Position numbers and translations under genes: made by a program
NCBI GenBank assembly: GCA_950097015.1
Contig: CATNEN010000001.1
Span: 7,378,001-7,442,000 of the forward strand
DNA length: 64,000 nt
Source: Macrostomum hystrix
Taxonomy: Eukaryota > Animalia > Platyhelminthes
Direction: 5' to 3'
Notes under the pieces: model-generated
The model's input: the letters and a program-made list of their open reading frames with translations, nothing else
Databases searched by the model: none
What the model was told of the DNA's origin: nothing
In this document: one piece after another, positions 1 through 13,600 of the stretch
Layout of the letters: every line of letters begins with the position of its first letter
Position numbering within the stretch: position 1 is the first letter of the stretch

Positions 1-1181
1 TAGTGTGCTAATTTTATGCTAAAAACATGCGCCTTTTATAGAAAGAAAATGACTATAGAGCTTGTGCGACTGCGATAAGGAGACTCTGATCCGAGGGTTG
101 TGGAAGAGGTAATTTAGAAGGCTTAACCAGCCAAAAGCAAAGCAACAACGTAGAAAAGAGTGTGTTAATTCGAGAAATTTGTCTCCGAAAGAGAATCTAA
201 AGAAAGGAATAAGGGCCATGTTCAATGCCAGCATAGCAATCACCTGATATCTTAATACCTATATCGGTGTGTGTGCATGTTTATATTATAAATATTCAAG
301 GATAGCTAGATTAAAGAACCAGAAAGGTTACAAGTTACACAAGAGCAATGGTCAGTCATTCAACAAGACAGAAGCAAACAAAAATCTATCCAACCCAGTC
401 CTACCTGTATATTTAGTTTCAAAAGGTAGTGCGCTAACGAATTTCTCGATTACTTAAAGAATGTCTTTAATTTCTTCTTCTATAGGAAGGAGTAACCATG
501 AAATGAAAACTGATAGGATAAGACCAGTCACATTAGAAATGCGTATATGATAATATTAAACTAGGGTTCATGCGACACGAATTTCTTGTTGCCTCTACTG
601 AGCTTGTCTTCTGTTGAAGATAATACACTCACTGCATTGATTACTGGCATGCATTAATTAATTGTACAACTTCCGGTGCTACTTTACAATGGGGTCAATT
701 CTTCCTCTGTAAAACCTGCCGGAGGTTTGATAGGCTAAGATATGCAAGAAATTTTATCTACTACTAGAGCTATTCTTATTAGTCAGAAGATTTGAAATTG
801 TGACGTTCGCATATTTGAAAGCTGCGATGATATCACTACAATGCTATGCTACAATGCAGAACACACATGTGACACAAGTATTTGAATTCATTGTTTACTC
901 CTAAAATTGTTCAGAAGGCTGCCAAAACTGAAAGAGCATTGTATAAACAATGACGCTTAGTATCTGATGCATAAATAACTAGCAGCTAAGCTGGTTCTGT
1001 ATAGGTTAGACTTAAAATTGATTTTCCTGCCAAAATTTTATACTGCTTTAGGAGTTCTAGAAAATACTAGAGTATTTTTATATAGGTCGATAAGACGAGT
1101 TGTTGTATTATTTTACTGTAAAAAAATCAACTGTACCTTACGTACGCCCCGCTGTACAGTTTTCAGATTTCACTCCCACGT

Positions 1182-2068
1182 TCTCACTCTAGACTCTCAC
1201 GTTCTCAATCTAGACTCTCACTTTCTCACTCTAGACTCTCACTTTCTCACTCTAGACTCTCACTTTCTCATTCTAGACTCTCACTTTCTCACTCTAGACT
1301 CTCACTTTCTCATTCTAGACTCTCACTTTCTCATTCTAGACTCTCACTTTCTCATTCTAGACTCTCACTTTCTCATTCTAGACTCTCACTTTCTCAATCT
1401 AGACTCTCACGTTCTCAATCTAGACTCTCACTTTCTCAATCTAGACTCTCACGTTCTCAATCTAGACTCTCACTTTCTCATTCTAGACTCTTACTTTCTC
1501 ACTCTAGAACAGGGGTCGGAAAACTCCGGCCCGCGGGCCAGATGCGGCCCTTGAAACTCCCAAATCCGGCCCGTTGCTCCTTCCGACACCTACAGTATCC
1601 TGTTTTATCTTTCCCCTGTCTCATCTATCCTGTCTCTCATCTCTCCTGTCTCTCATCTCTCCTGTGTCTCATCTCTACTTGGTCTCGTCTCTCCTGTGTC
1701 TCATTTCTAGTGTGTCTTATCTATTCTGTCTCAACTCTCCCCCCTATCTCATATTTCTACAGTCAATGCGGCCCGCTGTCGTCTTTTAGGTTCTCTCTTT
1801 GGCCCGCTAGCTAGTAAGTTTGCCGACCCCTGCTCTAGACTCTCACTTTCTCATTCTAGACTCTCACTTTCTCATTCTAGACTCTCACTTTCTCATTCTA
1901 GACTCTCACTTTCTCATTCTAGACTCTCACTTTCTCATTCTAGACTCTCACTTTCTTATTCTAGACTCTCACTTTCTCATTCTAGACTCTCACTTTCTCA
2001 TTCTAGACTCTCACTTTCTCATTCTAGACTCTCACTTTCTCATTCTAGACTCTCACTTTCTCAATCTA
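1182..2068 (+). repeat. 21-bp minisatellite (CTAGACTCTCACTTTCTCATT), interrupted by a hAT MITE
   Basis: Tandem units at ~1182-1509 and ~1833-2068; they produce the LDSHFLI repeat ORFs. Confidence 0.95.
1510..1832. mobile_element. Non-autonomous hAT (Charlie-like) MITE
   Basis: TIRs CAGGGGTCGGAAAACT / AGTTTGCCGACCCCTG, internal CGGCCCG motifs, and 8-bp flanks CTCTAGAA / CTCTAGAC matching the NTCTAGAN target typical of hAT-Charlie. Confidence 0.9.
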
Positions 2069-2190
2069 GAATCGCCCTTTATCCCTCTTTGAAAATATCG
2101 AACTCTTTCAAATTCTCGATTCCAAAAAGCCAAACGAACAGCACGGAAATAGCTAAGGCAGAGGAGAAATAAAGTACTGAAGAAGATCGC

Positions 2191-4542
2191 TCACCCGGGT
2201 GAAAGAGCGCCCGACTGTTGCTGAGCAGCGGCGGCTGCGGCCGCGGCAGCTGCGGCCATATTGAATCCTTGGGCAGCGATCAGCTGATCGAATGGATGAC
2301 CGAGCATGCCGTAGATTAGAGGAGGCCCCTGCGGCGGCACAGCTTGCTGTCCGTTGGCCATCGCCGCGGCCATGGCTGCCGCCGCTGCTGCTGCGGCGGC
2401 AGCAGCAGCAGACGACTTCTGACCACCGGGAGTCAGCGGCGATAAAACTCCTGCCTGGCCAGTCTTGGCGCGGCCATTCTCGCCAGCCTTATCAGCCGGC
2501 TTGGCTAGGGAGACTTCAACTCGAGAGCCTTCGATTTCTGTGTCTGCAAAGTTTGGCATCGGACATTTGGATGAGGGAATGGTCAGAAGGGAGATGACAG
2601 GTTCGAGAGGGGGGATAAAATAGTAATTAAGGAGATAGGAGATCAGGAGATCAGGGAGGACATAGAAGAGAGTTGATGCGAGATGGGAGTTATGAGATGG
2701 AAGTTGGTAGATAGGAGATCTAAGTTTAAAGAGGAAAGAGGGAAAGGGGATATGAGAGAGGAGAGATGGGAGAGGGGAGATGGAAGCAAGAGAGGGGAGA
2801 TGAAAGGGGGGAGAGGGGAGATGGAAGCGGGAGAGGGGAGATGGAAGCGGGAGAGGGGAGATGAAAGCGGGAGAGGGGAGATGAAAGCGGGAGAGGGGAG
2901 ATGGAAGCGGGAGAGGGGAGATGGAAGCGGGAGAGGGGAGATGGAAGCGGGAGAGGGGAGATGAAAGCGGGAGAGGGGAGATGAAAGGGGGAGAGGGGAG
3001 GGAGAGAAGAGTGGCGAGTTGGGACAGCGAAAGGTGACGTTAGATGGGAGAAAGGATATGGACGAGAGGAGATGTAAGATTTGAAGATAATATTAAAGAA
3101 TTAAGTTCAAGTTTACTCACCGTCCATTTTTTCCAGAGCGGCGAGGGCGTCGGCCCGCTCTCTGAAGTGCACAAAGGCGTAATCGCGAATTTTCTTCACT
3201 CGTTCGATACAGTCGCTGCCACCGCTGGCTGCCTGGGCGAATATTTCGCGAAGGTGCTCCTCGGATGTGGTCAGCATCAGGTTGCGAACGTACAGTATTT
3301 TTACCTTTTAGAATGAGAGAACAATTAGGATATTAGGAAGGAAAGAAAAATATAAGCGGTAACGTGACAATTTCGCCTAATAATTACCAATTCACCTAAT
3401 TCACGATTCACTTAATAATTCCCGACTCACCGATGCATCTCACAGGGCGTGCATGAAGAGATGAAAGGTTAATAATATGGACCCTCAACAAACCTTAGAC
3501 ATGACGTCCTCGTCGACTTCCCGTTCGGGTTCGGCCCAATCCACCGCAATCTGATGGCCCCACAGTTGAATTCGGCCCGGAATAAGTTTCCGCCTGGCCA
3601 TAGCGGCCGCTTTGTGATGCTCGTATTCAACAAAGGCGAAGCCGCGATTTTTGCCTTTGTCAGCTGCCGACGGATAGACAATGACGTCTCTGACGCCCTC
3701 GGTGATTTTTTTCATCTCGGCTAAAATCTCGTGCTTAGCCTTGGTCTTCGGTATGCCACCAACGAATAGGCGACAATTATCGACACTTAAACAGACGCCA
3801 AGAGTTTTGCCTTTGCGAATCTCGTAATTATCCAATTGGTGAACGGCGCGCTTAGTGTCCTCCCGATTTGTGTAGATGCAGAAGCCGTAGCCGCGATTAG
3901 AACCGGAAAAATCCATCATTAGGCGGAACATGTAGATCCGGCCGGCCTTCTCAAAAATTGGCACTAGCTCGTCCTGTATTGAGAAAAAAAATGTTTGCGT
4001 TTGCTATTGCACCACAGCCACAGGTTCACTGTGTCATTTACCCAGTGGTTACCTAATTTGGTCATTAGGTACCCCCCACTGGTCCTACACTTTGATCATT
4101 ACCCCACTGGTCCTACATAATTGGTCATTACCTCACTAGTCCTCCAATTTGGTCATTACCCCACTGGTCTTCCAAATTCGTCATTTGCCAACGAATCCTT
4201 ATTTGTTGATCCTGACCTCCCTGGTACATAAGTGCGATGTTCAAGCTCTGTATGGCCTGTCAACTGGTTGGCTAATTAACTTGAATTCACCAGACTATTG
4301 CGTATTAAGAGTATTATTCCACCAAAGTAAGTTTTACAAGTTAAAGAAGCTTATTTAGCGATTTCCTCACCTCAAAACAGTCTCGCGGAATCTTGCCAAT
4401 GAATACTTCGCAGCCGCGATTCGGCGCAGTACCAACCCAATCTGGCGGAGGACCGTAGCGTCTCTGCCCATTCTCTTGCACTATTTGATACTTGGTGCGC
4501 TCGCACAGTTCGAGAATAGCCTCCTCTGGTGGCACAACAATT

Positions 4543-4580
<38 letters not shown>

Positions 4581-4820
4581 GTCGTAACAGACGGACGATG
4601 TTGAATTCGATTCATCGATATCGTTCGAATCCTGCTGGCTAGAGTTGGACGGATTTAAACTAGGGTCGTCCATCACACCTAACTGGTGATGCTGGTGTTC
4701 CATAACGTTGCACTGCTGCTGCTGCTGCTGCTGCTCCTGTCCCTGTGGCTGTTGCGACTGCTGATAAGCGGTCTCTAGACTGAGTGAGCCGAACCGGCTA
4801 CTTATATCGTTGTAAACCAT
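2191..4820 (-). CDS. RBM47/A1CF/RBM46-family RNA-binding protein (3 RRMs), spliced; 3' end uncertain
   Basis: Exons 4820-4371, 3973-3494, 3304-3121, 2543-2191 (or 2195), all GT-AG and in frame. Translation has [15 protein letters not shown]|[60 protein letters not shown] and [20 protein letters not shown], characteristic of the hnRNP R/Q-A1CF-RBM47 family. PolyQ N-terminus, polyA C-terminal region. Confidence 0.92.
2760..3002 (+). repeat. 20-bp purine-rich minisatellite (GGAGAGGGGAGATGGAAGCG) in RBM47-like intron
   Basis: About 12 tandem copies visible. Confidence 0.9.
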
Positions 4821-7008
4821 TTGTTGGCTCTGGTCTTCTTTCGTTTGGAGATCTATAGTTAGTGCGCAACCAAGGAAGAAGTTGGAGGTGGGGCGGTCTT
4901 GCTATCGGGGTAAGAAGGGGCGCCCTTCTCTCCCTCATATCTATAGCGCCTTACTTTGTAATCTCGGCGGGGTAGGTGACTTGGGGGTGCTTGAATTTGG
5001 GGCCCTGCTACACACACCCCGAAGCCACCCTAGCCGTGACCGTGCACCAATTGGACCAACCAATAACTACGAGTAAATCAAACCACAACTCCGCGATGCT
5101 TAATTGCCCAATAGAAACTAAAACAAGTATGGACGCCTCCCACAGAAACAGTGGAAGACCGGATGGCTAGGTGGGTGGGTATTTGTTGAATAATAATCTG
5201 TGACTTGGTAAGAAGTTAAGATAAGATAACGAAGCTCGGAATAGTACTCGTATGTATAAACAAGCATACATTTTCTAGCAAATTTATAGATTTAAAATTT
5301 TCAATGAGATTTCAAGGCTGTGTTAATCGAAAATGAAACTCAAAAATATAAGCAAATTACATACTGGAACTAACTAAGAAATCTCTGTTCTCTGTGGGCA
5401 ATAACAATTATTGATTTCAACTTCTCAATTGGGCTCGGGGTCAGTTGTCAGGTGTGCAGCCGACACTCGACAGTCCATGGACTGGGGGATGCCATCTAAC
5501 AAGTGTCTTACAAATGGGATTAGCTTACTTACATTAGCTTAAGCTCGAAATTTTTCATCTAAAAAAATTGCGATAATAAACTAGTCTAAATTGACCCTAA
5601 AGGAAAAGTAAAAAGTTTAGCAAATCAATCTATAAAATTGCGCAAACTTACCAGACTGGTGTATATTATTCAAAATTATTATGCAAAAGTAAACTAGACG
5701 ACTAAAATGACTATCTAAATTTGTCTGTCCTTTTCAAAAGGCAGGTGGGCGGAATCAAAAAGCAGTGCACGAACAGAGCTTGCGATTTTGAAGCCTTCGT
5801 TCTTTTAAAAGCAGTTTTTTTCTTAGCTGTTTTGGATTTCACACCCATCACTATGAATTAGGTCAGTTTCTTTTTTTCTTTCTATCTAAACCCGTTTTCG
5901 ATTGGCTGGTAAACTGCTCCAAACAGACCATAGACTTTTCCTCGTCAGCTGGAGCGGACCACAGTCTTAAAAAAAACAAGACCTGTTAAAACTAGATGCA
6001 AAGAAAGTGATAGTGGGGTGGTGGGCTAAGGGAAGGAAATTATCGATTTTTTTGTTAACCCTCGCGATAAGGCTTTGAAAGCTGAATGGGGAGGGGGTAA
6101 AACTCGAAGGTGTTAAGCTAGACTTTAGCTGCGTGTGTAAAGTGGAACGGGGCTTAACACATTTCAGCACATCATAAAAAACGGCTTGTCTAACTAAAAT
6201 TGTCTACCCTTCAAAACGATAATATTGAACTTTAATCTGTTATCAGTTGGTAGCGAATGTCATTCATATTAGCTGGTTAGGGCTTAGGGGCCTAATTAAA
6301 ATAATTACAATTAGTATCCCCTTTGCTAGTGCTGATAGCCTATTCTAACTTGCTATACTATATTTCATTTCATTATTAATAAAATCAAAATAGAAAATTT
6401 ACCGTCTGGCACAGTTTGGCGTCTCAAAGAAGTCAACTTTAGAACTGTTTTATCGTTGCTTTGTCTTGTAGAAATTTCAACCTGATGCTGTGCAGAGTGG
6501 TAACGACATCTGAGATTTATGTACCTCTAATATGAAGAGTGAATACGAATAAATAGATCTTGCTATACGTTGCCAGGCTCGTCTACATGTATATAAGCCC
6601 CTTAAAGCGACTATTTGTATCTGCATTGCGTACATCTCAGCTTAAGCAAACTCATTCCCGCTTCATTATAATGCGGCCACATTCCGTCGGTGTGCGGGCA
6701 TGTTATTTTTAACTTTCACTGAAAGTTTAATTAAGATTATGACTTTTCGTTCCGGCCATTTACTGACAATCGTTTACTTAAACCAAGAGCGCTTTCGCTC
6801 CAGAATGAAATGCAGTACACGAATACACTTGCTAAAGAGACGAATATGGAATATTAATTGTGTGTGCTGCGTGTGAAATGTATGCAGTGTGCAATTCCTT
6901 GGCTTATTAACTGTACATCATGTCTATTCTAGATTATATAAACTTGGGATAGATAAAGTAAGAGAGAACACAATCCATGGTTCAAATAGGGAGAAATGAC
7001 AGCGACAG

Positions 7009-8060
7009 GGGTCCGAGGGGAGCCAGATTGGAGACAGGGGTCCGAGGGAAGCTAGATTGGAGACAGGGAACAGAGAGGAAGATTGGAGATAGGGTCAGAG
7101 GGGAAGATTGAAGACAGGGGTCAGAGGGGAAGCTAGATTGGAGACAGGGTGAGATGGGAAGATTGGAGACAGGGTGAGATGGGAAGATTGGAGACAGGGT
7201 GAGATGGGAAGATTGGAGACAGGGTGAGATGGGAAGATTGGAGACAGGGGTCAGAGGGGAAGCTAGATTGGAGACAGGGGTCAGAGGGGAAGATTGAAGA
7301 CAGGGGTCAGAGGGGAAGCTAGATTGGAGACAGGGTGAGATGGGAAGATTGGAGACAGGGTGAGATGGGAAGATTGGAGACAGGGTGAGATGGGAAGATT
7401 GGAGACAGGGTGAGATGGGAAGATTGGAGACAGGGGTCAGAGGGGAAGATTGGAGACAGGGGTCAGAGGGAAGCTAGATTGGTGACTGGGTCAGAGGGGA
7501 AGCTAGATTGGTGACTGAGTCAGAGGGGAAGCTAGATTGGTGACTGGGTCAGAGGGGAAGATTGGAGACAGGGTCAGAGGGGAAGCTAGATTGGAGACAG
7601 GGGTCAGAGGGAAGCTAGATTCGAGACAGGGGTCAGAGGGAACCTAGGTTGGAGACAGGGTCAAAGGGGAAGCTAGATTGGTGGCTGGGTCAGAGGGGAA
7701 GATTAGAGACAGGGTCAGAGGGGAAGCAAGATTGGAGATAGGGGTCAGAGGGGAAGATTGGAGACAGGGGTCAGAGGAAAAGCCAGCTTGTAGACAGGGG
7801 TCAGAGGGAAGCTAGATTGGAGACAGGGGTCAGAGGAGAAGCAAGATTGGAGACAGGGGTCAGAGGAAAAGCCAGCTTGGAGACAGGGGTCAGAGGGAAC
7901 CCAGATTGGAGACAGGGGTCAGAGGAAAAGCCAGCTTGGAGACAGGGGTCAGAGGAAAAGCCAGCTTGGAGACAGGGGTCAGAGGGAACCCAGATTGAAG
8001 ACAGGGGTCAGAGGAAAAGCCAGCTTGGAGACAGGGGTCAGATGAGAAGGCAGCTTGGGG
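7009..8060 (+). repeat. Variable 23-30 bp minisatellite (GATTGGAGACAGGGGTCAGAGGGGAA[GCTA])
   Basis: Tandem degenerate units across ~1 kb. Confidence 0.92.
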
Positions 8061-10622
8061 TTGGAGGCTTCACACAGCAAGATAAAACTGTGTTGGAACA
8101 CCCTGTAAATAAGCTAACTGAATTGCGAGTGGTGCGGCGCGCAGTTCGAGCAGACCCTTCCTTTGGACCCCGACGTTAGTCCTGGTATCCTTGGACTCCT
8201 CGTGTTATTCGTACCACATTCGTCGTTTTCTACCGGATTGTCAAAGACTTCGTCAAGCCTTCGGCACCTTCTGTTCGGCAATCCGGCTTTTCTAGGCACT
8301 ATCGCCGCATCGCCGTCTGTCGCACCACTCTTGCCCAGAGTCACGCCGCCGCGCCCCCGTCCTTGCCTGCAGCCAGAGCCTCGCCGCCGAATCGGTGAAT
8401 TACCCTTGCTTGATATTGTCCTATTCTCGTGCGCTGGGTTAACCTTGTGCCGATTTACTTTCTCTCGCTCGTTTCACTACTGTGTGGAAATAAGATAAAA
8501 TCTTAAGCGCTAAAAGTTTGTTTACTTTTTTCCTTACTTCTTCAATTTGAATGGCGAAGGGGGAGTAAGCTTGTGCACCGCTGCAGGGCCAAAGAATGAG
8601 GCCAAGAGAATTTGGAGAGGATTATTCCGCTGCACAGAGCCGAAGTGCACCGAAGAGTACATAATTATAATGTACTCTTAGGGATATACCTTCTCACAAC
8701 CCTGGTCATTCGCGCCCCCTTGGTCCCTGGGATCTTGGCCACTCCGTCACACCCAAAGCTACCAATGTCATCAGAGGCAGAGGATGAGGCCCGGTTCTCT
8801 TAGGCTTAAGAAGGACGACATCCTACAGTGGTATGAAGTTAAGGCTCCGGCCAAAAATGATCATACAAAACTACAACTACAATAAAGCTTTTCACAGAGC
8901 TTTAATCGTAGATAACCGTTCCCAAAGATATGGGCAGCTTTTTGCTGTGCTTTTGCAGAGACACATTTATGTTGCGCAGTTTGTCGCTTGTCGGTTTCCT
9001 CGATTTCCTCGTAATAGTGAATGCGACTTAACACTTAAATTCGCATCCATTTGATACTTTAGCTGATGATTCCAGTCCGTAAAGTTTATCATCGCAGCAA
9101 TGAGATCAAGCTAACTAGGACTCTAGTAGAAAAGACAGAAATAAAAAAATTATAAGTATTTTTTGTATGAAGTAAATTACTAAAACGCTATCAAATTAAA
9201 AATTCGGTGAGCTAAATAATAATGCTAAATCTGAAACTAATCAGCACTTTTAAAAGCGAAAAAATTGTTAGGTCAACGTATTCCTGTTAACAATTATTTT
9301 CGCTTTTTTTTAGACTGGAAATACGATGGTCTCGAAAATAGAAAAAAGGGCGATAATTGTCTGAATGCAATATAGAAAATTTTAATGCTATCCTATTGTT
9401 AAAAAATGGTTTCTGTTTACTATAAGTTATAAACACACTTGTCTATGTTTAGATAGTATTTTGAGTACTTTTGTTTTACTTCACAGTTAAGCTAAATATA
9501 AGTTTTAGCGAGAGTTTAAGCTTTATTTGACTAAGAAATTTTAATCTTGGAAGATAGATAAAATTATCCGATGCATTTTAATCGCTGATCTTAATGCCTA
9601 TTTTACCTAAATAATTAATAATGTTGTTTAGGATTTATGTGAACACGTTTTATTTTGTACGCAAACAATTTTCATACTGACTATAATGTTTCACATCCAA
9701 TTGTGCATAGATTACAATTTCGACAAGTTTAGCTCTGTCTCTGTGATTAGTTTCAGATACTAGACTGTAATTTTTTGCCTAGATTCTTAAGTATTTTGTG
9801 AAGAGTAAGTATTTTACAATGATTTACGTGTACATAGCGACTACGCGTCGTTATCTTGTTATATTGTTATACAGTGTTGTATTTCACAAAAGCAGATCTC
9901 GTTATTGGGTAGGTTAATAAACAATTCATGTATTCATTTTCAAGACTTATCATGTAAATAATAGCCATATTTTTTATAAAAATATCCAGGTAACCGGATA
10001 GGATCGCACTTTATACACTAAAAATTTGTCATCTAAAAACAACAATAACATATAACATATATTTTCAAATTATAGTTGGTATTTTTTAATCAGGTAAATT
10101 TTAAGATCAAAACGATTTTTTATATTATTTTCTGTCAATAATTCTAGAAATTCATGAACCAACGATTTCATAGGAAGTCAGAAGGCTTAAAAATAAAACT
10201 AAAATAATACTTTATATATAATGAAAGATAAGTTAATATACAGTTTAGAAATAAGATTTTTTGGTATATCAAGCTAGGATTCAGGAATTTATAGGATGTG
10301 AGAAGCTGCTTGCTTTGTACCTCAACATTAGTTTTAATAAAATTATTCACATTAAATTTTAATAAAGCAGTAACAATTTCTCTATGAATGTGTCTATTAA
10401 TTAAAATGTCTAGAGCCAATTGCATTTGCTCATTGCATTCGAATGGATAATTAGACTTTGCCATTGGACATTTTAATATATACTTATACCAAATCATATG
10501 ATCGAAAAAATATTCTTGAGAACTCTTAACCTCTCTCATAAGAATATAAATACATTCTCTTTTCTTTAAAGCCATGTAAAACCATCTAATTTTCAGATTT
10601 TCAAAAGAAACTACAAAGCACA

Positions 10623-13600
10623 ATGCAGAACTTCGAAGCTACCAAGTGTCCATCGGATGAACTGTCTCTAACTAATAAGATTTTCTTTAATCCGAATGAT
10701 GTTCGAAGCTTAAAGAATCAGTAAGTAGCTAAAGTAGCTTATTTTGCTGGGCCCTGCATGACTAACTGAATACTTACACATCATTATGTGACATTTGACT
10801 TGCAGCCACTGAGAAGGCTATGCTACCCATTGTACACAAGTACCTGATACCTGAACATCCATACGCACAAAGATAGGTTCTGTGGTGTACATCTTGTTAG
10901 AATTCCGCCACACATCTACAGATCTCCATTCCATATCTACCAAATTCCATTTCTTATCTAAGGATTTCCACCCCATATCTATGGAATTCCGCCCCACATC
11001 TACAGATTAATAATTAATTAATCTACAGAATTTTCGTCTGTCAACAGAATTCCACCCACATCTACAGAATTCCACCCATTCCTATAAAATTCCAACCCAT
11101 ATCTACAGAATTGCACCCTATATCTACAGAACTCCACTCCATATCTACAGAATTCCAGCCGATATCTACAGAATTGCACCCTATATCTACAGAACTCCAC
11201 TCCATATCTACAGAATTCCACTCCATATCTACAGAACTCCACTCCATATCTACAGAATTTCACCCCATATCTACAGAATTCCTCCCCATATCTGCATAAT
11301 TTCGCCCCGTTATATATACGGGATTCCATTTTTTGGAATTTGTATGGAATGTTAATGGCAGAATTTTATGCTTAAATTCATGAATAATTCATAAATTTTC
11401 CATTTTCAGGTTCATTCGCATTCACAGCAGTTCCGGTGCCTACGCCTTCCTACTGGACTCTCACGTCAGTGTCCCGACTGGAAAGGCTGGATTTAGTCTA
11501 GTCCAGGTTTGAAATTTTTATTGCCATTTGTACTCGTACTTTTAATCCGTAATTTTTTTTCGACGATAGCTCGACAGCTCAAAAAAGTGTTCTTTCATGA
11601 ACGAGTAGCATCGGATGAACAGTACATAATTATTCTTATATTTTTCTACCTGAACTCAATTGAGTCAATGCTCAATGAATGTACAAACTGGGTCCACAAC
11701 CCCTTTAAACTGTCCTTCTCTTACTCTCTCCCTTCCTTTCTTTACCTCTTCTTTCCTGCTTGTCTCTCCTTTCACGCCTGCTCCAGCCTCCTATTTTCTA
11801 TCCGTCTTCCCTCTCACTGTCCTACCCCTCATTCCCCTGTTAATATCGATCGGGTTTTAGATTTCAGCCTATTATAGTGGCCACGGAATGGATGAATAAT
11901 GGAATGGACTGTTGACAGGCTAGTGCAGCTGAGCAAGCTCACCGCTACAGCAACGCATATCTAGAACTATTTCATTCGACAAATCTCAACAACAACATGA
12001 GCTCGTCTTCTTCTAGTAGACCGTCTTCCACTGGTAAGCCGAGCGATCGGCTCAACGCACAAACCGTGCCAGCCTTTGGTCCCAGAGGTAGATTGACAAC
12101 ATTTCAAGCTGCCTACGAGACTGGCTTAGTGCCGTGTCGCCTGCAGCACGGCTCCGTGCGGCACCGGTTGTCATGGCAGCAGCCAGTAGACAGCCTGGAC
12201 CTAGACCCGCTGGCTGTGTACATGGCGCAGGGCCTGTTAGAGACGAAGCATCCGTACAATTTTCTTAGCCAGCAGGGCCTTCAGGAGCTGCTGTCCGCTA
12301 GACAAGCTGCTCAACAGCTGCCGACGGTGCTGCCACGCCTGGTGCCACATTTGAAGGCTGCGCTGTCCGCTCAGCCGAAGCAGCACCCGAACGCATTCGA
12401 TGCGGCATTGAAATGCTGCATTCTGATCAGCGCAGCGATTGGTCCGCAATTGAATTCTCACCTGACTGCTCTGCTGCCTAGCATGGCACGGTTGATGGTG
12501 AATGGGCCGCAGTCCAATAGGGAGGCAATCATTGGCGCGCTGCAACATTTCGAAGCCAACGGTGCGCCAGAAGCTTTGGCTATTATCAAGGCTAGGATTC
12601 CCACCTATACTGCTGCTGTTTGAATCTGCGGCGCACACGGCCTCTTATAACAGTTTTTTTATCTTTGTTCTACGCTATTCTGCTGTTTTTATACTTGTTT
12701 ATTAAAGCTAACAGTGACAGCTGCCCTATCCCAACCAACCCAATCCTAGCCTACCCAATCCTAGCCTACCCAATCCTAGCTTACCCAGTCCTAGCCTACC
12801 CAATCCTAGCCTACCCAGTCCTAGCCTACCCAATCCTAGCCTACCCAATCCTAGCCTACCCAATCCTAGCTTACCCAATCCTAGCCTACCCAATCCTAGC
12901 CTACCCAATCCCAACCAACCCAATCCTAGCCTACCCAATCCTAGCCTACCCAATCCTAGCCTATCCAATCCTAGCCTACCCAATCCTAGCCTATCCAATC
13001 CTAGCCTACCCAATCCTAGCCTACCCAGTCCTAGCCTACCCAATCCTAGCCTACCCAATCCTAGCCTACCCAATCCTAGCCTACCCAATCCCAACCAACC
13101 CAATCCCAACCAACCCAATCCTAGCCTACCCAATCCTAGCCTACCCAATCCTAGCCTACCCAATCCTAGCCTACCCAATCCTAGCCTACCCAATCCCAAC
13201 CAACCCAGTCCCAACCAACCCAATCCTAGCCTACCCAATCCTAGCCTACCCAATCCTAGCCTACCCAATCCTAACCTACACAATCCTAACCAATCCAATC
13301 CTAGCCTACCCAATCCTAACCAACCCAATCCTAGCCTACCCAATCCTAACCAACCCAATCCTAGCCTACCCAATCCTAGCCTATCCAATCCTAGCCTACC
13401 CAATCCTAGCCTACCCAGTCCTAGCCTACCCAATCCTAGCCTACCCAATCCTAGCCTACCCAATCCTAGCCTACCCAATCCCAACCAACCCAATCCCAAC
13501 CAACCCAATCCTAGCCTACCCAATCCTAGCCTACCCAATCCTAGCCTACCCAATCCTTGCCTACCCAATCCTAGCCTACCCAATCCCAACCAACCCAATC

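Noticed and set aside
10168-10623. 151-aa minus-strand ORF abutting the NSF start
   Set aside because: Very AT-rich with no homology; it overlaps the NSF 5' region and is probably spurious.
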